Shown here: positions 28,621 through 42,625 of the stretch, piece by piece
How positions within the stretch are numbered: the stretch's first letter is position 1
Layout: every line of letters starts with the position of its first letter
From: Eledone cirrhosa
Taxonomy: Eukaryota
DNA: 64,000 bases
Reading direction: 5' to 3'
Assembly (NCBI GenBank): GCA_964016885.1
Contig: OZ024749.1
Coordinates: 42,098,001 to 42,162,000, forward strand
Program-made: the position numbers and the translations under genes
Notes under the pieces: model-generated
Database searches by the model: none
What the model saw: only the letters and a program-made list of their open reading frames with translations
What the model was told of the DNA's origin: nothing

Positions 28621-29212
28621 GATTTTCAATTAATTTCTAAAATAATCAAGAATTTGAAGGATTTAGCAAAGTAACTTTCTCATTATTTAGCTGGTGTTTG
28701 GAGCATAACTTAACAAAGGTTCTTACATAAAAATATAAATGGAAATATTTTTAGATAAATGTAAACACTTTAAAAGGCAGAACTAAAGGTAGTTTCAGAT
28801 GCTAAAGATGTGATCTGGAGGGAGTTGGGTTGTTATTCCTAGCATGTTGAGCAATCACATAAAGGCTTCTTTGTTGACAGAAAGATAGAGATTTAGGGAT
28901 GAAGTGAAGGGACAGAGGGGTGTGATATAACCATGACTGTGAGTGGAGGGGTATTAAGTGTGTTTTTGTGTGAGATGTTTGTGTGTGAGTGTAAGTACAT
29001 GAGTCAAAGTGCACACACATACATAACACAGAGAAAGAAGGCTATGTGTACATGCTTGAGAGAGTATATATATATGTATATACACACACGAGTGTGACTA
29101 TTGAATATAAGTAGTCATCTGTATGATTTGTGTGCAAACTCACTTCTGCATGCGCGCGAGAGAGAGAAAGAGAATATATACACAGACATTACACACACAC
29201 ACACACACACAT

Positions 29213-29244
<32 letters not shown>

Positions 29245-29824
29245 CATTAAAATTAAATGAGACAAACTAATTCTGGGAGTATAAACAAAATAGACAGAAA
29301 AAAGTATTCTATCAAACTTCACTTATTTATAGATCTCCCTATCATGGTTTCATATGAATTAGAGACTAATTAACCTTTAATTAATATATACATTCTTCAT
29401 GATCATTATATGTCTGGAGGCATGGGTTGGATGGATTGTTATCATCCAATGCTGGATAGGTCAAAAAGACCTACCATATAATATATTAAGTATATCTCTG
29501 TTGACTGACACTTCAATTTTGTCAGAGCCAACAGCTAATTCATTCAGCTGATGAATTAGCTGTTGACTCAACTAAGCTCCTCCAACACCAGTCAACTCAG
29601 ATATATATAACATAATAAATACAACTCTGTTACGTGTTTGGAGACTCCATCACTAAATGATTGTGTTATATATATCATCATTTAATGTCCATTTTTTCCA
29701 CATTGCGAGGAGATGGGATCTGCCAAGTTTTAAAATGCCCTAGAAACACTATTGACATACACCACCCCAACAACTCCTTCAGAAGTTACAGGCCCATGCA
29801 TGTGTGCGTGCATATATATATATA

Positions 29825-29962
29825 TATTTATTAAAATAACAGATTAAAGTTTAATCTGTTATTTTAATAAATATTTGCTCTACGGTTCTTATATATTTGA
29901 TATATATTTATCCTTATCGAGCCCTCTTTGGATTTTAGTCTTCACATTTATTATTATTACTA
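29825..29962 (+). mobile_element. Short palindromic pLTR-like remnant in (TA)n
   Basis: Palindrome atatttattaaaataacagattaaa-g-tttaatctgttattttaataaatat, then GCTC(29877)...GAGC(29919-22) and a short tail. Confidence 0.55.
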
Positions 29963-29976
29963 TATATATATATATA

Positions 29977-30320
29977 ATGTGGGAATCCCAAATGCAGAAA
30001 GTAACTGCTATAAATAACAGGCAAAATATCCCTAAAGATGTAAAAAGAATTAGCCAGTAGCCACTGCTTTCTGTCTCTAGGTGTATTTTGCCTGATTTTT
30101 TAAAGCTATTATTTATACTGATTAACTGTTCATACAGTTAGTTTTTGTGCTTGGGATGCCTACATTTTTGCTGTACATATAGAAAAAACAAAGCTTAATT
30201 GAAGTGTATAGAAACATACATAATATTTTTTTTTATTATCGCTCCAAAGCTACACTAGTGACTCAGGAGCCAAAAATTTTGGGCTTACTGCACCTATTCA
30301 AAGAAACGTGTTTGGAAAAG
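29977..30320 (+). mobile_element. Older, degenerate palindromic element next to (TA)n
   Basis: atgtgggaatcccaaatgcagaaagtaactg pairs imperfectly with cagttagtttttgtgcttgggatgcctacat, and caggcaaaata with tattttgcctg; downstream GCTCC...GGAGC at 30241-30270. Confidence 0.45.
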
Positions 30321-30473
30321 TACATTAAACATGAAATTCTTGGCCCTCTCCAAGTCACTGTTATAGTGGATGTTTATATACATATATACATATGTGTGTG
30401 TTTACATATATACATATGTGTGTGTTTATATATATACATTTATATATATATATATATATATATACGTGTATGT

Positions 30474-30519
<46 letters not shown>

Positions 30520-30527
30520 GTGTATGT

Positions 30528-30579
<52 letters not shown>

Positions 30580-30846
30580 GTTTATATATGTACATTTGAG
30601 TTTACAAACACGAGCAAAAAGAGTTCAATATCAAAGTAGAGTTGCGTGATCAGAGTAGCAACAAAGAACAATCACAGTAACATAACAACAACAACAATAA
30701 AGGCATGCCTACTAGGAACAGCAAGAACCCTCCGATATGTCCTGAATATCTGAGGTGGTTGCAGGTAGTGGCTCGATGTTCATTTGCGTGAATTTTCCGG
30801 TTAAATAACATCAATGACCGAGACATCAAATTCATATTAATAATAA

Positions 30847-30898
<52 letters not shown>

Positions 30899-31511
30899 TA
30901 TGTATGTAAGAGAGAAAGAGAGGGGGGGAATGGGGGGGAAGTTCCCCCCCTCTCTCTCTGTGCCAGTATTTAAAGTTGGTATAGTTTATAGTACCTCATG
31001 TTGTGGCGTAGTTCCTTATTGCCCGAAATCCAACAAATCCTATGCACAGCTGCGCTGACGCAGGACAGGCACCATTTAGTTGTTGCAGCTGCCGTTTTTG
31101 CACCGTTGTTGGCAACACTGTGTTGTTGGCACTGAATAGCCACAGTTGCAGCAGTAGTAGTAGTAGTAGTAGTAGTAAAGGAGAGAGAGAAGAGGTGCAA
31201 TGAGAGAGAGAGAGAGAAAGCAAGGTATGAGAGAGAGAGAGAGAAAGCAAGGTATGAGTGAGAGAGTATGGAGTGGAGAGAACTGGTCTTTGATGACAGT
31301 GAGTTGAAGAGAGAGAGAGTGCAAAGTATGAGTGGAAGAGAAAGGAACAGGGAAGAGAGAAGGGGAGGGAACCGGTCATTGATGACTGTGTTGAAGAGGG
31401 TAGAGAAAGGGGGGGCGGTTGGGAGAGAAAGGGACAGACAGAGAAGGGTTTGGGGAGAATAAGGGGCAGAGAGAGGGATGGTTAGGAGAGAAAGAGAGAG
31501 CGGTAGTTGCA

Positions 31512-31564
<53 letters not shown>

Positions 31565-32519
31565 CTGGGAGAGAAATGAAAAGATAGAGGGAGTAATTAG
31601 GAGAGAAAGGAAGGAAGATGGGTGATGGAAAAAAAGGAGAGAAAGAGAGAGTGGTTGGGAGAAAAGGAAGAGAGAGAGGGTGTTTGGGAGAGAAATGAAG
31701 AGATAGAGGGTGGTTGGGAGAAAAAGGGAGAGGAGGTGGTTGGGAGAAAAAGGGAGAGGAGATGGTTGGGAGAGGTTATCAGTGAGATGAAGACAGTACA
31801 GAGAATGAGTGGGAGGGAAAGAGAGAGGAGCAGATCATAGGTGAAAGAGAGAGGGGGAGGGCCAGGTTTAGGGACAGAGAAAGGAAGTGGATGTAAAGGA
31901 GGGGAGAGAGGATGAGAGAGAAGAAGAAACAAAGGAAGTATGACTATAAAATACCTAAGAAAGAAGGGAAAACCATAGAAAGATCAATCGATAATTATGG
32001 TGGCGATGGCGGTTTGTTATGGTAGTGGTGGTGATGGTGCTGAGGGTGGTGATGCTGACGGTGGCGCTGACGGTGGTGGTGGTGGCGGTGGTGGTGGCGC
32101 TGACGGTGGTGGTGGTGGCGGTGGTGGTGGCGCTGCCGGTGGTGGTGACAGCTGTTTGTTGTAGTGGTGGTGGTGGTGGTGACAGTGAAGATAGTGATAA
32201 AGGCAGTGATGATTGTAGTGGTGATGGTGATGGTGATGGTGATGCTTGGTAGTGGTGATGGTGGTGAAGGTTGTGATAATGATGATACTTGGCAGTGGCG
32301 GTAATTGTGGTAATGGTAGTGGTAGTGGTCATGGTGGTGATAATGGTGGTGGTGCTGTTGACAGTGATGGTGGTGGTCATGGTGGTGATTCTTTGCACTG
32401 CACAAGTTGCAACTAACCAATGAAATATGCAGAACAGACGGAAATTTGACAGATGCATTGTTATTGGTCAGATCCAAACAACAAAGCAACAACTATACTA
32501 TTGGTCTAACAAAGTCCCG

Positions 32520-32930
32520 TGACATGCTAGAAAAAGCAGCTAAATCTCCCTCAAATCACTCCTTATAGTATCATCTACAGTATTGGTTTAACAAAGGACC
32601 CTTTATAGAGTAATTATACATGCTAAAAACAGCAGCCAAATCTCCCTCAAATCCCTCAATCATCTATAGTATTGTTTTAACAAAAGAGTCTATACAGTAA
32701 TATTACATACTAGAAATAGCAGCCAAATCTCCCTCAAATCCCTCAATCATCTATAGTATTGTTTTAACAAAAGAGTCTATACAGTAATATTACATACTAG
32801 AAATAGCAGCCAAACCTCCCTTAAATCACACCCCACAACAAAGCAACAACTACAGTATTGATTTAACAAAGGAACCTTTATGCTGTAATGTTACATGCTA
32901 GAAATGGTAGCCAAATCTCCCTCAACTGAC
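32520..32930. repeat. ~75-90-bp degenerate tandem repeat
   Basis: ctagaaatagcagccaaatctccctcaaatc recurs ~5 times. Confidence 0.8.
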
Positions 32931-33155
32931 ACTTTAAAAAGGGAAGAAGTTCAGATTAGATAATGTAGTCTCAAAACAATGATACATGGTGGCTGAAAAA
33001 TACAACTCAAGGTGGGTGGGTGGTCACAGTTAGACTGTCTTTTGTGGTAGATTTAGTGAATTGTCAATCAAGGCTAAATTGGAGCCAAACTCCTACAACT
33101 CCTACAACCACAATATCTGCATCAATAGTTACAACAACAACAGCCGCCACCGTTG

Positions 33156-33199
<44 letters not shown>

Positions 33200-34102
33200 G
33201 TGTGTGTTAGAGAGAAGAGGGTAAGATGGAAATTATGAACAAAAATCTAGAAAGAAATTATTGGAACATGGATGATGTAAGATGGTGGAGCTATTCAACA
33301 GATGGATTTGATGATGTAACAGGAGAGATCCATGTAGCAGGTGAGGAGGGTGGAGGACTGTGTGTGATGGTGGGAGATCGATCCATAATATAGCAGGTGG
33401 GGGAGTGGAGGTCTGGATGTAGTGGTGGTGGGGGAGAGATTGATATAGTGGTGGTGGGGGAGAGATTGATACAGCGGGTGGGGGAGCGGAGGACTGTATG
33501 TGGTGGTGGGGAGATGGAAGGACTATGTGTGGTGGTGGTGGTGATGGTGGGGGGGGAGGGTAGGAGGACTGTGTGGTGGTGATGGGGAAATAGGACTGTA
33601 TATTTGTTGGTGGTGGTGGTGGTGGTGGTTGAGTGATCCATGTGAAGTGGAGAGAAGGACTGAAGGACTGTGTGAGGGTAGGAACATTTGTGGGGGGGGG
33701 GAGACTGTGAGAGGAGTGATCCATGAATGAGTAGTGGGGAGAGGAGGACTATGTGAGAGGAGGAGTGATCCATGGATGAGCAGTGGGGAGAGGAGGACTA
33801 TGTGAGAGGAGGAGTGATCCATGGATGAGCAGTGGGGAGAGGACTAATCCATGAATGAGTAGTGGGACAGTGAGGAGTGGGGGGTGGGAGGACTGTGTGA
33901 GAGGAGTAGTGGGAAAGTGATGAGTGGGGAGTGGGAGGACTGCGGCATTGAATTGATCCATAAGTAATGAAAACCTTCACATACTCAAGGATTCCACATA
34001 CCAACACACACATATATACATATATACATATAACAACACATACACATATGTACAAATACATACACATATAAGCAACACACACAAAGACATCAAACACTTA
34101 TT

Positions 34103-34800
34103 GGTGGTGGTGGTGGGTATTATGGTAGTAGTGGTGGTGGTGGTGGGTATTATGGTAGTAGTAGAGGTGGTGGTGGTGGTGGTGGGTATTATGGTAGTAG
34201 TGGTGGTGGTGGTGGGTATTATGGTAGTAGTAGAGGTGGTGGTGGTGGTGGTGGTGGGTATTATGGTAGTAGTGGTGGTGGTGGTGGGTATTATGGTAGT
34301 AGTAGAGGTGGTGGTGGTGGTGGTGGTGGGTATTATGGTAGTAGTGGTGGTGGTGGTGGGTATTATGGTAGTAGTAGAGGTGGTGGTGGTGGTGGTGGTG
34401 GTGGGTATTATGGTAGTAGTGGTGGTGGTGGTGGGTATTATGGTAGTAGTAGAGGTGGTGGTGGTGGTGGTGGTGGTGGGTATTATGGTAGTAGTGGTGG
34501 TGGTGGTGGTGGGTATTATGGTAGTAGTAGAGGTGGTGGTGGTGGTGGTGGTGGGTATTATGGTAGTAGTGGTGGTGGTGGTGGGTATTATGGTAGTAGT
34601 GGTGGTGGTGGTGGGTATTATGGTAGTAGTAGAGGTGGTGGTGGTGGTGGGTATTATGGTAGTGGTGGTGGTGGGTATTATGGTAGTAGTGGTGGTGGTG
34701 GTGGGTATTATGGTAGTAGTGGTGGTGGTGGTGGGTATTATGGTAGTAGTAGAGGTGGTGGTGGTGGGTATTATGGTAGTAGTGGTGGTGGTGGTAACTA
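34103..34800. repeat. Triplet-phased minisatellite (GGT)n-GGGTATTATGGTAGTAGT(AGA)
   Basis: Roughly 23 units with variable GGT number. Confidence 0.95.
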
Positions 34801-36217
34801 TGGTGAACAATCCAAATGCCTACACAGATCAATACAGTTAACCATCTGATTGATAACCAAATTAGATGAACATATCAAACCCACAACAGAACTCGTGACA
34901 TCAGTAACATCAAATACCCCTAGTATATTACAGATATTTCCTGTATTGGCTATATTTGCCAAATGTAGAAACAATTCTTAACCCTTTTCATTACCATATT
35001 CCCCATAAAAAACACTTCCTATGGTTTTTAATTCATTTTGAAAAGAATCAAGAAATTAGAGGATTTTAGTAATAAAACTACCTCGATATTAAGCTGATGT
35101 TTGGAACATAACTTAATAAAGGTTTTTACATAAAATTATGATGGAAAGTTTTCATAAACATTTTTAAGTTAATATAAACATTTAAAAAAAAAACAAAAAA
35201 AAACAGCTCTATATTAATACAGCCGTGGTTTCAGCTGTTTTGGTATCAAAAGGGTTCTATATAATCAGAGCTGCCATACTGCAGACCTATCAAACCCACA
35301 CTAGCAATGGAACAATATAAGTGATGATAATTGTTTCTACTTTTGGCACAAGGCCAGCAATTACTCCAGTGCATTACTGGTACTTTATTTTATTGACCCC
35401 GTAAGGATGAAAGGCAAAGTTAACCTTGGCAGGATTTGAACGAATAATACTGATTTGGATGATGATGATATATAGAAATGATGGTGAGAGCAAAGTAGTG
35501 ATAGCTGTGATAACGATGATGATGATGATGATGATGATGATAGCCATGTTAATATTGACAGCAATGACAAGAATGACAAGATGTCAATAATATTGATGAC
35601 AACATTATCAAAGGTGATGATGATGATGTCAATAATGACAGACGTGCTGAGGACGGCAGCAATGACACTGTTACTGATGACATCAACGATAATGATGATG
35701 ATGATGGTGGGGAGAAATGATGGTGGTGACTATTTCCTAGCTATACTAGAACTGGAATACAACAGCATCTGGTTCTTCTTAACTAGCATTAGTAACTAAA
35801 CATTACACACCAATACACCATATATATATATATATAAGTACGCATCTGTGTTAGAGTAATTCACAGTTATATATATACACAGAATATAATATTAGTGGTA
35901 ATGGCTGTAGTTATCACACTACCACCTTACCATTTTTCCTTCCTTACTATATTCTTTCTCAATTATTTAATGAGTCAGCTGTCTTCTTTAATCCGGCTAA
36001 AACTTAAATACTAGACATTTTATTTCAAGAATTACATCATACAATCTCTTTTGACAGCTTTCTGCCTTTTTAAAACATTAATAATCCAGTTTTATTCATT
36101 AAAAAAAAAAAATTCTTTCATTACCATATTTCTAATATGAACAACACTGCACTGCCTATGATTTTCGAATAGTTTCAAAGATATGCAGGGAAAAGTTACA
36201 ACATAAAAATGCTTTAA

Positions 36218-36422
36218 CCCTTTAGCATTTACATTACCCTATATTTATTATTGTATTTCCATGGTAAAGGATTTATCTCACACAATATCGAATCTATGAG
36301 ATTTTGATATTATTTATTTTAAGAATACCTTAAAGTTGGTATGAGTGGCCAGTTATGGCCGGTTTGAACAGAAAGAGGTGAGAAAATTCTGGCTGGATAT
36401 GGCTGGTTTAAATGCTAATGGG
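36218..36422 (+). mobile_element. piggyBac-type MITE
   Basis: TTAA-CCCTTTAGCATTTA ... TAAATGCTAATGGG-TTAA. Confidence 0.85.
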
Positions 36423-37024
36423 TTAAAGTCGTTACCATATTTCTAATAAGACCCACTGCCTAAGATTTTCAAGTACTTTTGAAAATAATCAGGAAGTTTA
36501 AAGAAATCTAATACTATAACGAATTATAGTAAAAAATACTTAAATATTCAGACTTTAAAACAAACAGCTTTCTATCATAGAACCAGGGGTGGTTTGGTAT
36601 CTGTTAGCTGTCGTCTTTGATTTGGCTGAAATATATATTTTAGACATTTTATTTTAAGAACTACATCATACAATCTTTTGACAGCTTTCTAGTTAGTTGG
36701 GTATTTTGTTTGTTTCTTTCTTTCTTTAAATTGAAATATTTAAAAAGAATAAATATATTATTCAAAAGATTTAAAAGGTATAGACATGACTGGCTGTGTG
36801 ATTAAGTAATCTCATATTGCAGCCGTGTGGTTTTTGGGTTCAAGTTCATTGCATGGTATCTTGAACTAGCATCTAATATAACCTCAGGGTTCTCTCTATT
36901 TTCCGCTGTCACATTTGGGATGTTGCACTAATATCGGGGGGACGGAAGAGGAGAGATTGAGAGGGAGTCTATATCTGTCTGCGGCAGCATGGGCATCTAA
37001 AATACTTAGCAAAATCATGGTGCT

Positions 37025-37197
37025 TGCTACCAAGCCTGCCTGAAATCCCACTACATCTCTTGTGTGTCCACAAATTACACTGTGTACACCTTATAAAATT
37101 TCTGCCCACCACTTTCTGATATACTGAACAAAGCCACTTTCCTGATGGAATCACCTTCTTGTCTTCTTTCCTATGTATTAAGACTTTCATCTTTGTA
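37025..37197 (-). mobile_element. RTE-clade LINE ORF2 fragment (Cys/His finger after RT)
   Basis: KVLI..KEDKKVIPSGKWLCSVYQKVVGRNFIRCTQCNLWTHKRCSGISGRL resembles the SGKWPC..C.KGVG.NSI.C..C..W.HKRCSGI motif of RTE-like elements. Confidence 0.8.
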
Positions 37198-37967
37198 ATT
37201 ATAGCCCCCCCCCCCCCCCCACATGCACTTCAAATTCATCCCTGTATTCATTGCCAATTTTCACTTTGCTGGTTGCACCTTTATATAAGTGTGTGTGTGT
37301 GTGTGTGTGTGTGCGTGTGCGTGTGTGTGCGTCTACATCTGTGAACACATATCTGAGGAGCTTCCAATTCCAGAGTCAGGAATGAACATTATTCAATCGT
37401 TCCTCGAGCTGGTCGGCAGTGAAACATATGTAATATGTAATTAAATATGTATGTGATGCAATATTGATTCTTTGTTCCTATTTAATATTAAATATATATA
37501 TATATATGGGAGAAGAAATGTGAAAGCTGATCTTGAGGAAAGTGAACCATACAAAAGGGATGACAAAGGAGAGAAACAAGAGGAGAAATGCTGTACTGGG
37601 TGGTGAAAAGACTTGTTTAACCTATGCAAACATGATAAAAAAATAATAATAAAGTATTGTAAAAACCATGATGATGATGATGATTATAAAGTTGAGATGG
37701 TGGATAGAGAGTATGACATACAACAGGGTGACTACATAGAAGACGTTAAGGGTCAGTAAACAAAACCCAGGCCTATTAGTGGACATTGTTATACAGTGTG
37801 AAATGGTAATGAGATAGCAAAAGTCAATAGCTGAATATAATATAATTCAATATAATATATTCTCTCTCTCTTTCTCTCAACATTACATACACCCTCTCAT
37901 CTCTTGAAGTCTGCAATACTATATTTAGATATATATATATATATAATGAATATATAAATCTACACAT

Positions 37968-38032
<65 letters not shown>

Positions 38033-38049
38033 TGTAGATTATAATATAA

Positions 38050-38615
38050 TATATTGTTATGTAATATATTATAGTACAGTATAGTAGTGTAATATAGTTC
38101 AGTGTAATATAGTGTAGTGTAGTATAGCTCAGTATAATATAGTATGCTGTAGTACAGTGTAATATAGTGTAGTGTAGTACAGTATAGTATAGTACAGTGT
38201 AATATAGTATGCTGTAGTACAGTGTAGTACAGTATAGTATAGTGTAATATAGTATGCTGTAGTACAGTGTAATATAGTGTAATATAGTATGCTGTAGTAC
38301 CGTGTAATATAGTGTAATATAGTATGCTGTAGTACAGTGTAATATAGTATGCTGTAGTAGTGTCATACAGTATAGTACAGTGTACTATAGTGTAATGTAG
38401 TATGCTGTAGTACAGTGTAGTACAGTATAGTACAGTGTAATATAGTGTAATATAGTATGCTGTAGTACAGTGTAATATACTGTAATATAGTATGCTGTAG
38501 TACAGTGTAATATAGTATGCTGTAGTAGTGTCATACAGTATAGTACAGTGTACTATAGTGTAATGTAGTATGCTGTAGTACAGTATAGTAAAGTGTAATA
38601 TAGTGTAATATAGTT
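38050..38615. repeat. Pentamer-based satellite (agtat/agtgt/agtac, aatatagtatgctgt)
   Basis: Direct inspection. Confidence 0.9.
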
Positions 38616-39179
38616 TGTAGCTTTCCATTGCTATTTTTCTCCTGTGTTACTTTATAGCTGTGAAACTATTCACATTTAATTAGATTTATTTATTTATATA
38701 TTCTAGGTTAGGTTTAGGATACCGTGATGGTGGTAGTGTTGGTGGTAGTGGCAGTGTTGGTGGTAGTGTTGGTGGTAGTGGCAGTGTTGGTAGTAGTGTT
38801 GGTGGTAGTGGCAGTGTTGGTGGTAGTGTTGGTAGTAGTGGTTGTTGTTTGTGGAAGTTGTATTGAGGATGATGGTGATGGTGATGCAGTTTATGGGTCA
38901 TTGTACGACTGGTAGTGGTGACTATGGTACTGAGGGTGGTGTTGGTGGTGCTCCAGCAACAGCAGCAGTGGAAGCAACTGCAGCAACAGTAGCAGCACTG
39001 GAAGCAATATTAATGTTTTCAAGATTTCATAGAATTTTATTTCGAAAGGAAGAATTTTTTTTTTTTTTTTTCCCCACATATAATTGCTGTAAAATGTCTG
39101 TCATTTAACAAATATAAATAGGACTAATAGAGTTAAAAGACTTGCTGAAGGAGGTAATGAAGAAATTCCAGTAACAACA

Positions 39180-39475
39180 TATAAGCTTCAGCTGCATTAG
39201 GCTACCAGCCCAGACTTCAGTGTTCATCAGGCTGATGAGGGCAAACTGTTGAAGTATCAGCTGCTCTTTGAAAGGTTTGTGGTTGAGCCTGTGGTAGTGA
39301 AGACTTCTGGCATCCTTCACCTTGGATCAGCTCCCTAAATGCTGCTACTGGGGCAGAGTTGGCTGCCCACAAGTGTGAGACTCGCAAGATGGAGTGGCTG
39401 TTCCAGCATGTTTTCCCCGCCATCCTCCGGAGGGCAATATATTCTCTATTTTGTCCGCTGGGGCCCCGAGTAATT
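39180..39475 (+). mobile_element. Decayed 3' end of a CRE-like non-LTR retrotransposon (restriction-like endonuclease domain)
   Basis: With frameshifts reads ADEGKLLKYQLLFERFVVEPVVVKTSGIL...ETRKMEWLFQHVFPAILR-GNIFSILSAG, matching the AE..K..KY...F.P..VETSG...W.FQR.S.AI.RGN..SIL pattern. Confidence 0.7.
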
Positions 39476-42168
39476 TACAAACTAAAGACATTACTTTTTT
39501 AGCCATTTAGTAATGATATTTTACTAGAATTATTCCCCAAAACGTGAGGGTGTTAGATTCAAACTCCCCCAGTATTTGTTCCAGTTCATTGCACTACCCT
39601 ATTTGCACTCAGTGGTAGGTGCAAGATGTATGTCCTACAACTGTTTACTATAGATATGAATAGACCTCAAAGGATGGGCTTAATAGCAGTTTAAAGTTTC
39701 GTTAATAATATTAATTACCAATTGGACATATAATTAAACTTACACCCGCATCCTCTTTCATTTGTCACTTGATATTAAGAGCCTCACCCTTCCCTGACAA
39801 ATCACTTTTTCTGAACACAGGCACTCCTCGAGATATTTATGACCAACATTCCCTTTAGATTGCATAGGTGTGCAGCTGTATAATCCACAAAACGTTGCCA
39901 CTCAGTAGCTTTGTAATGTTGCTACTTGACATCATCAATGCCACCACCACCACCACCACCACCACCATTGTTTTTTACCTTTTTCTGTGGTTGCATGCGT
40001 TAGACAAGACATTTTGAGTCTAGGGTGTTGTCGATTCTTCTCTCTCTCTCTCTCTCTCTCTCTCTTTATCTATCTCTTGCTCTCTCTGGAAGAAATCAAC
40101 TGTAGTCAGACCTGGAGAGGGATAAACGCCACCAGACTTAAAATATCCGATACATGACATATGACAACATCCCTTACAATTTAATTGGGAGTTGTGGGAT
40201 CAATAATCACTGATCAATGATATTGAACAGTGAAGCCATACATCATCCACTGATAATATTTGTACTCTATAACTACTTACAGATCAATGAAAGAAACCAC
40301 CAACCGCCTATTCACCCATTCCCCCACTACTGGTCAATATAGTTCCAATCAGACTTGAGTACCATTCACCAGAACAACCCCCCCCCCCCCCCCCCCACCA
40401 CCACACAATGAAAGTCCTCTATTGAACAAAATCAATAACCAGTAGGTCCAATTACTGATTGGTATCAAAAGAGAGAAAATAAAGACCTTAAAGCTGACAA
40501 AGGGATCATATGTTTTCTCAAAGACCTCCTATCTATAAAGAAGGTGGTGGTGTGGTTTAGTATGGGGTGGGGGACAGGATCAAACCTGACAATGTCAATC
40601 AAGAAAAATCACTGTAAAATCCTACTAACTCTTTGATACAAAACTGCCTGAAACCCCCTGAAAACGTTCCCAGTTCTACGATAGATTTATATTCATTTAA
40701 AAACTTTCCATCATAATTCTATGTAAGAGCCTTTGTTAAGATATGTTCCAAACACCCATTAGTAATAAGAATGTTAGTTATATTACTAAATCCCTCCAAA
40801 TTCTTAAATTATTTTCGAAATTAACTGATTGCAAATCAGGGCCAATATCTGATTAAAAATACGGTAATGAAAGGGTCAAGTATCCTTTGTTAGAAATATG
40901 GTAAACGAAAGGTTTCCCATATATTCAAATATAAGCCAAGGAATATGTGACAAAAAAATGATGGTAAACAATGTGTTGATTAGCTGCCACACCTTATAAA
41001 TGAAGTTTGGATTTTTGTTAAAAAAATATGGGGGGGGGGGTGCTTATATTTGAGTATATAGGGTAAGTTTCCAAAGCTAAAGTGTCCTAGATTCTTAATG
41101 AGTTGAAACCCTACAGAGACATCTTTAGAAAAAATTAACCAATGAATCCAATTGCAAACATCACACACACAAAATAAAATAATAACATAAAACAGAACAA
41201 AAACGAAAGTAAATGATTACTAAAAAGTATGTTAATCATAGAATGGTAATTCAAAGCTGCCAGTTAACGGATTAGGAATAATTACACATTGGCTCCAAAT
41301 TCCATCGACATTAGTTATTCTAAGACAACAAATTGGAAACCAAAACTTGATGCCATAAAACTCTGCTACAGTTTCAGATAATCTAAGCTGGGAATAGCAT
41401 TTTTGAAAACAAAAAAAAAAAAAACAAAAAAAAAAAAAAAGCAGGGAGTTTTCAAAGGTTTCATGTTGACCATACTTTTTTCATTACTATATTCCTTTTG
41501 AAGAAAACACTATTTTGTTTGATGGTACTGAGACATCAAATGACAAGGGTTGCTCCCTTGACAATTGGTGTCTGGACAGACTTTTTTTTAATGCAAAATC
41601 AACCGGCAGGCAACCCAGGGATAGAACCTAAACAAGATGGCTGGATAACATCCATGAGACCGACTAGTCTTGCTTGGGGATCAATTGGAGACGGTTGCTG
41701 CTGGAAGTCTCTGCTTCAAACAACTTAAAATAAACAAAATAAACAGTTTTGTATGATAGAACTAGGGACAGTTTCAGGTGGTTTTGGTAGAAAAGGGATT
41801 AAGGAGATTGCATTAGCTTTAATCAATATATTCTGATCTTCTTCTTGTTAATGTCTGTCAACAAGATGGTGGATACCTAGATTTTAAATAACTGTCAGTT
41901 TTCCTCTCCCCACCCACAGAGGAGATGCCAGGGGCTGGATATAAACCAAAAAGAAAAAGAAACCAATAATTTCTCTCCAACAGCTTTCTTTGCCCAGCTG
42001 CAAATGTCAGAACTTTTTTTTTTTACTTTCTTTTCTTAATTATTAACTAAGATCAGATTCATTTGTCATGGTTTATATACTTTGGTCAGAAATACCAGGA
42101 GAGAGAAAGAGAGAGAGAGCGAGAGTGTATGATAGAGAGAGCGAGAGTGTATGATAGAGAGAGCGAGA

Positions 42169-42204
<36 letters not shown>

Positions 42205-42592
42205 GGAGAAAAAGAGAGAGTGGATGTGTAAGAGATAGAAATTGAGTGTGTGTGAGAGAGCGAGAGTGTGAGTGCAAGAGACAGAGAGAGAGTATGTGTA
42301 TGTAAGAATGAGAAAGAGTGTGTGAGAGAGAGTATTCAACAGTAGTAACAATAAGGTGGCTAGACTTCACATCACTATATTTGCTGATGTCTGTCTGTCT
42401 GTTTGTCTCTGTGTTTAACTTACTGGAAGAGGCTAGAATGACAGAAAACAGACTCCGCCACACCACACCCCAACCCACCCCACCATAAGTAAACCAAAAG
42501 TCACAGAAAGTGGTTTAAAGGGTTATATATTTACTTCTGTGTGTGTGTTTATATATTTATGGGTGTATGTATGTAGACTATGCATGCATGTA

Positions 42593-42625
<33 letters not shown>

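Noticed and set aside
30600-30850. Minus-strand insert between (TA)n with TTGATGT...GAAA and actctactttgatattgaac
   Set aside because: May be a very decayed member of the (TA)n-targeted class, but core and stem motifs are too degenerate to call; similar doubt for 10680-10800, 50080-50225 and 51710-51880.
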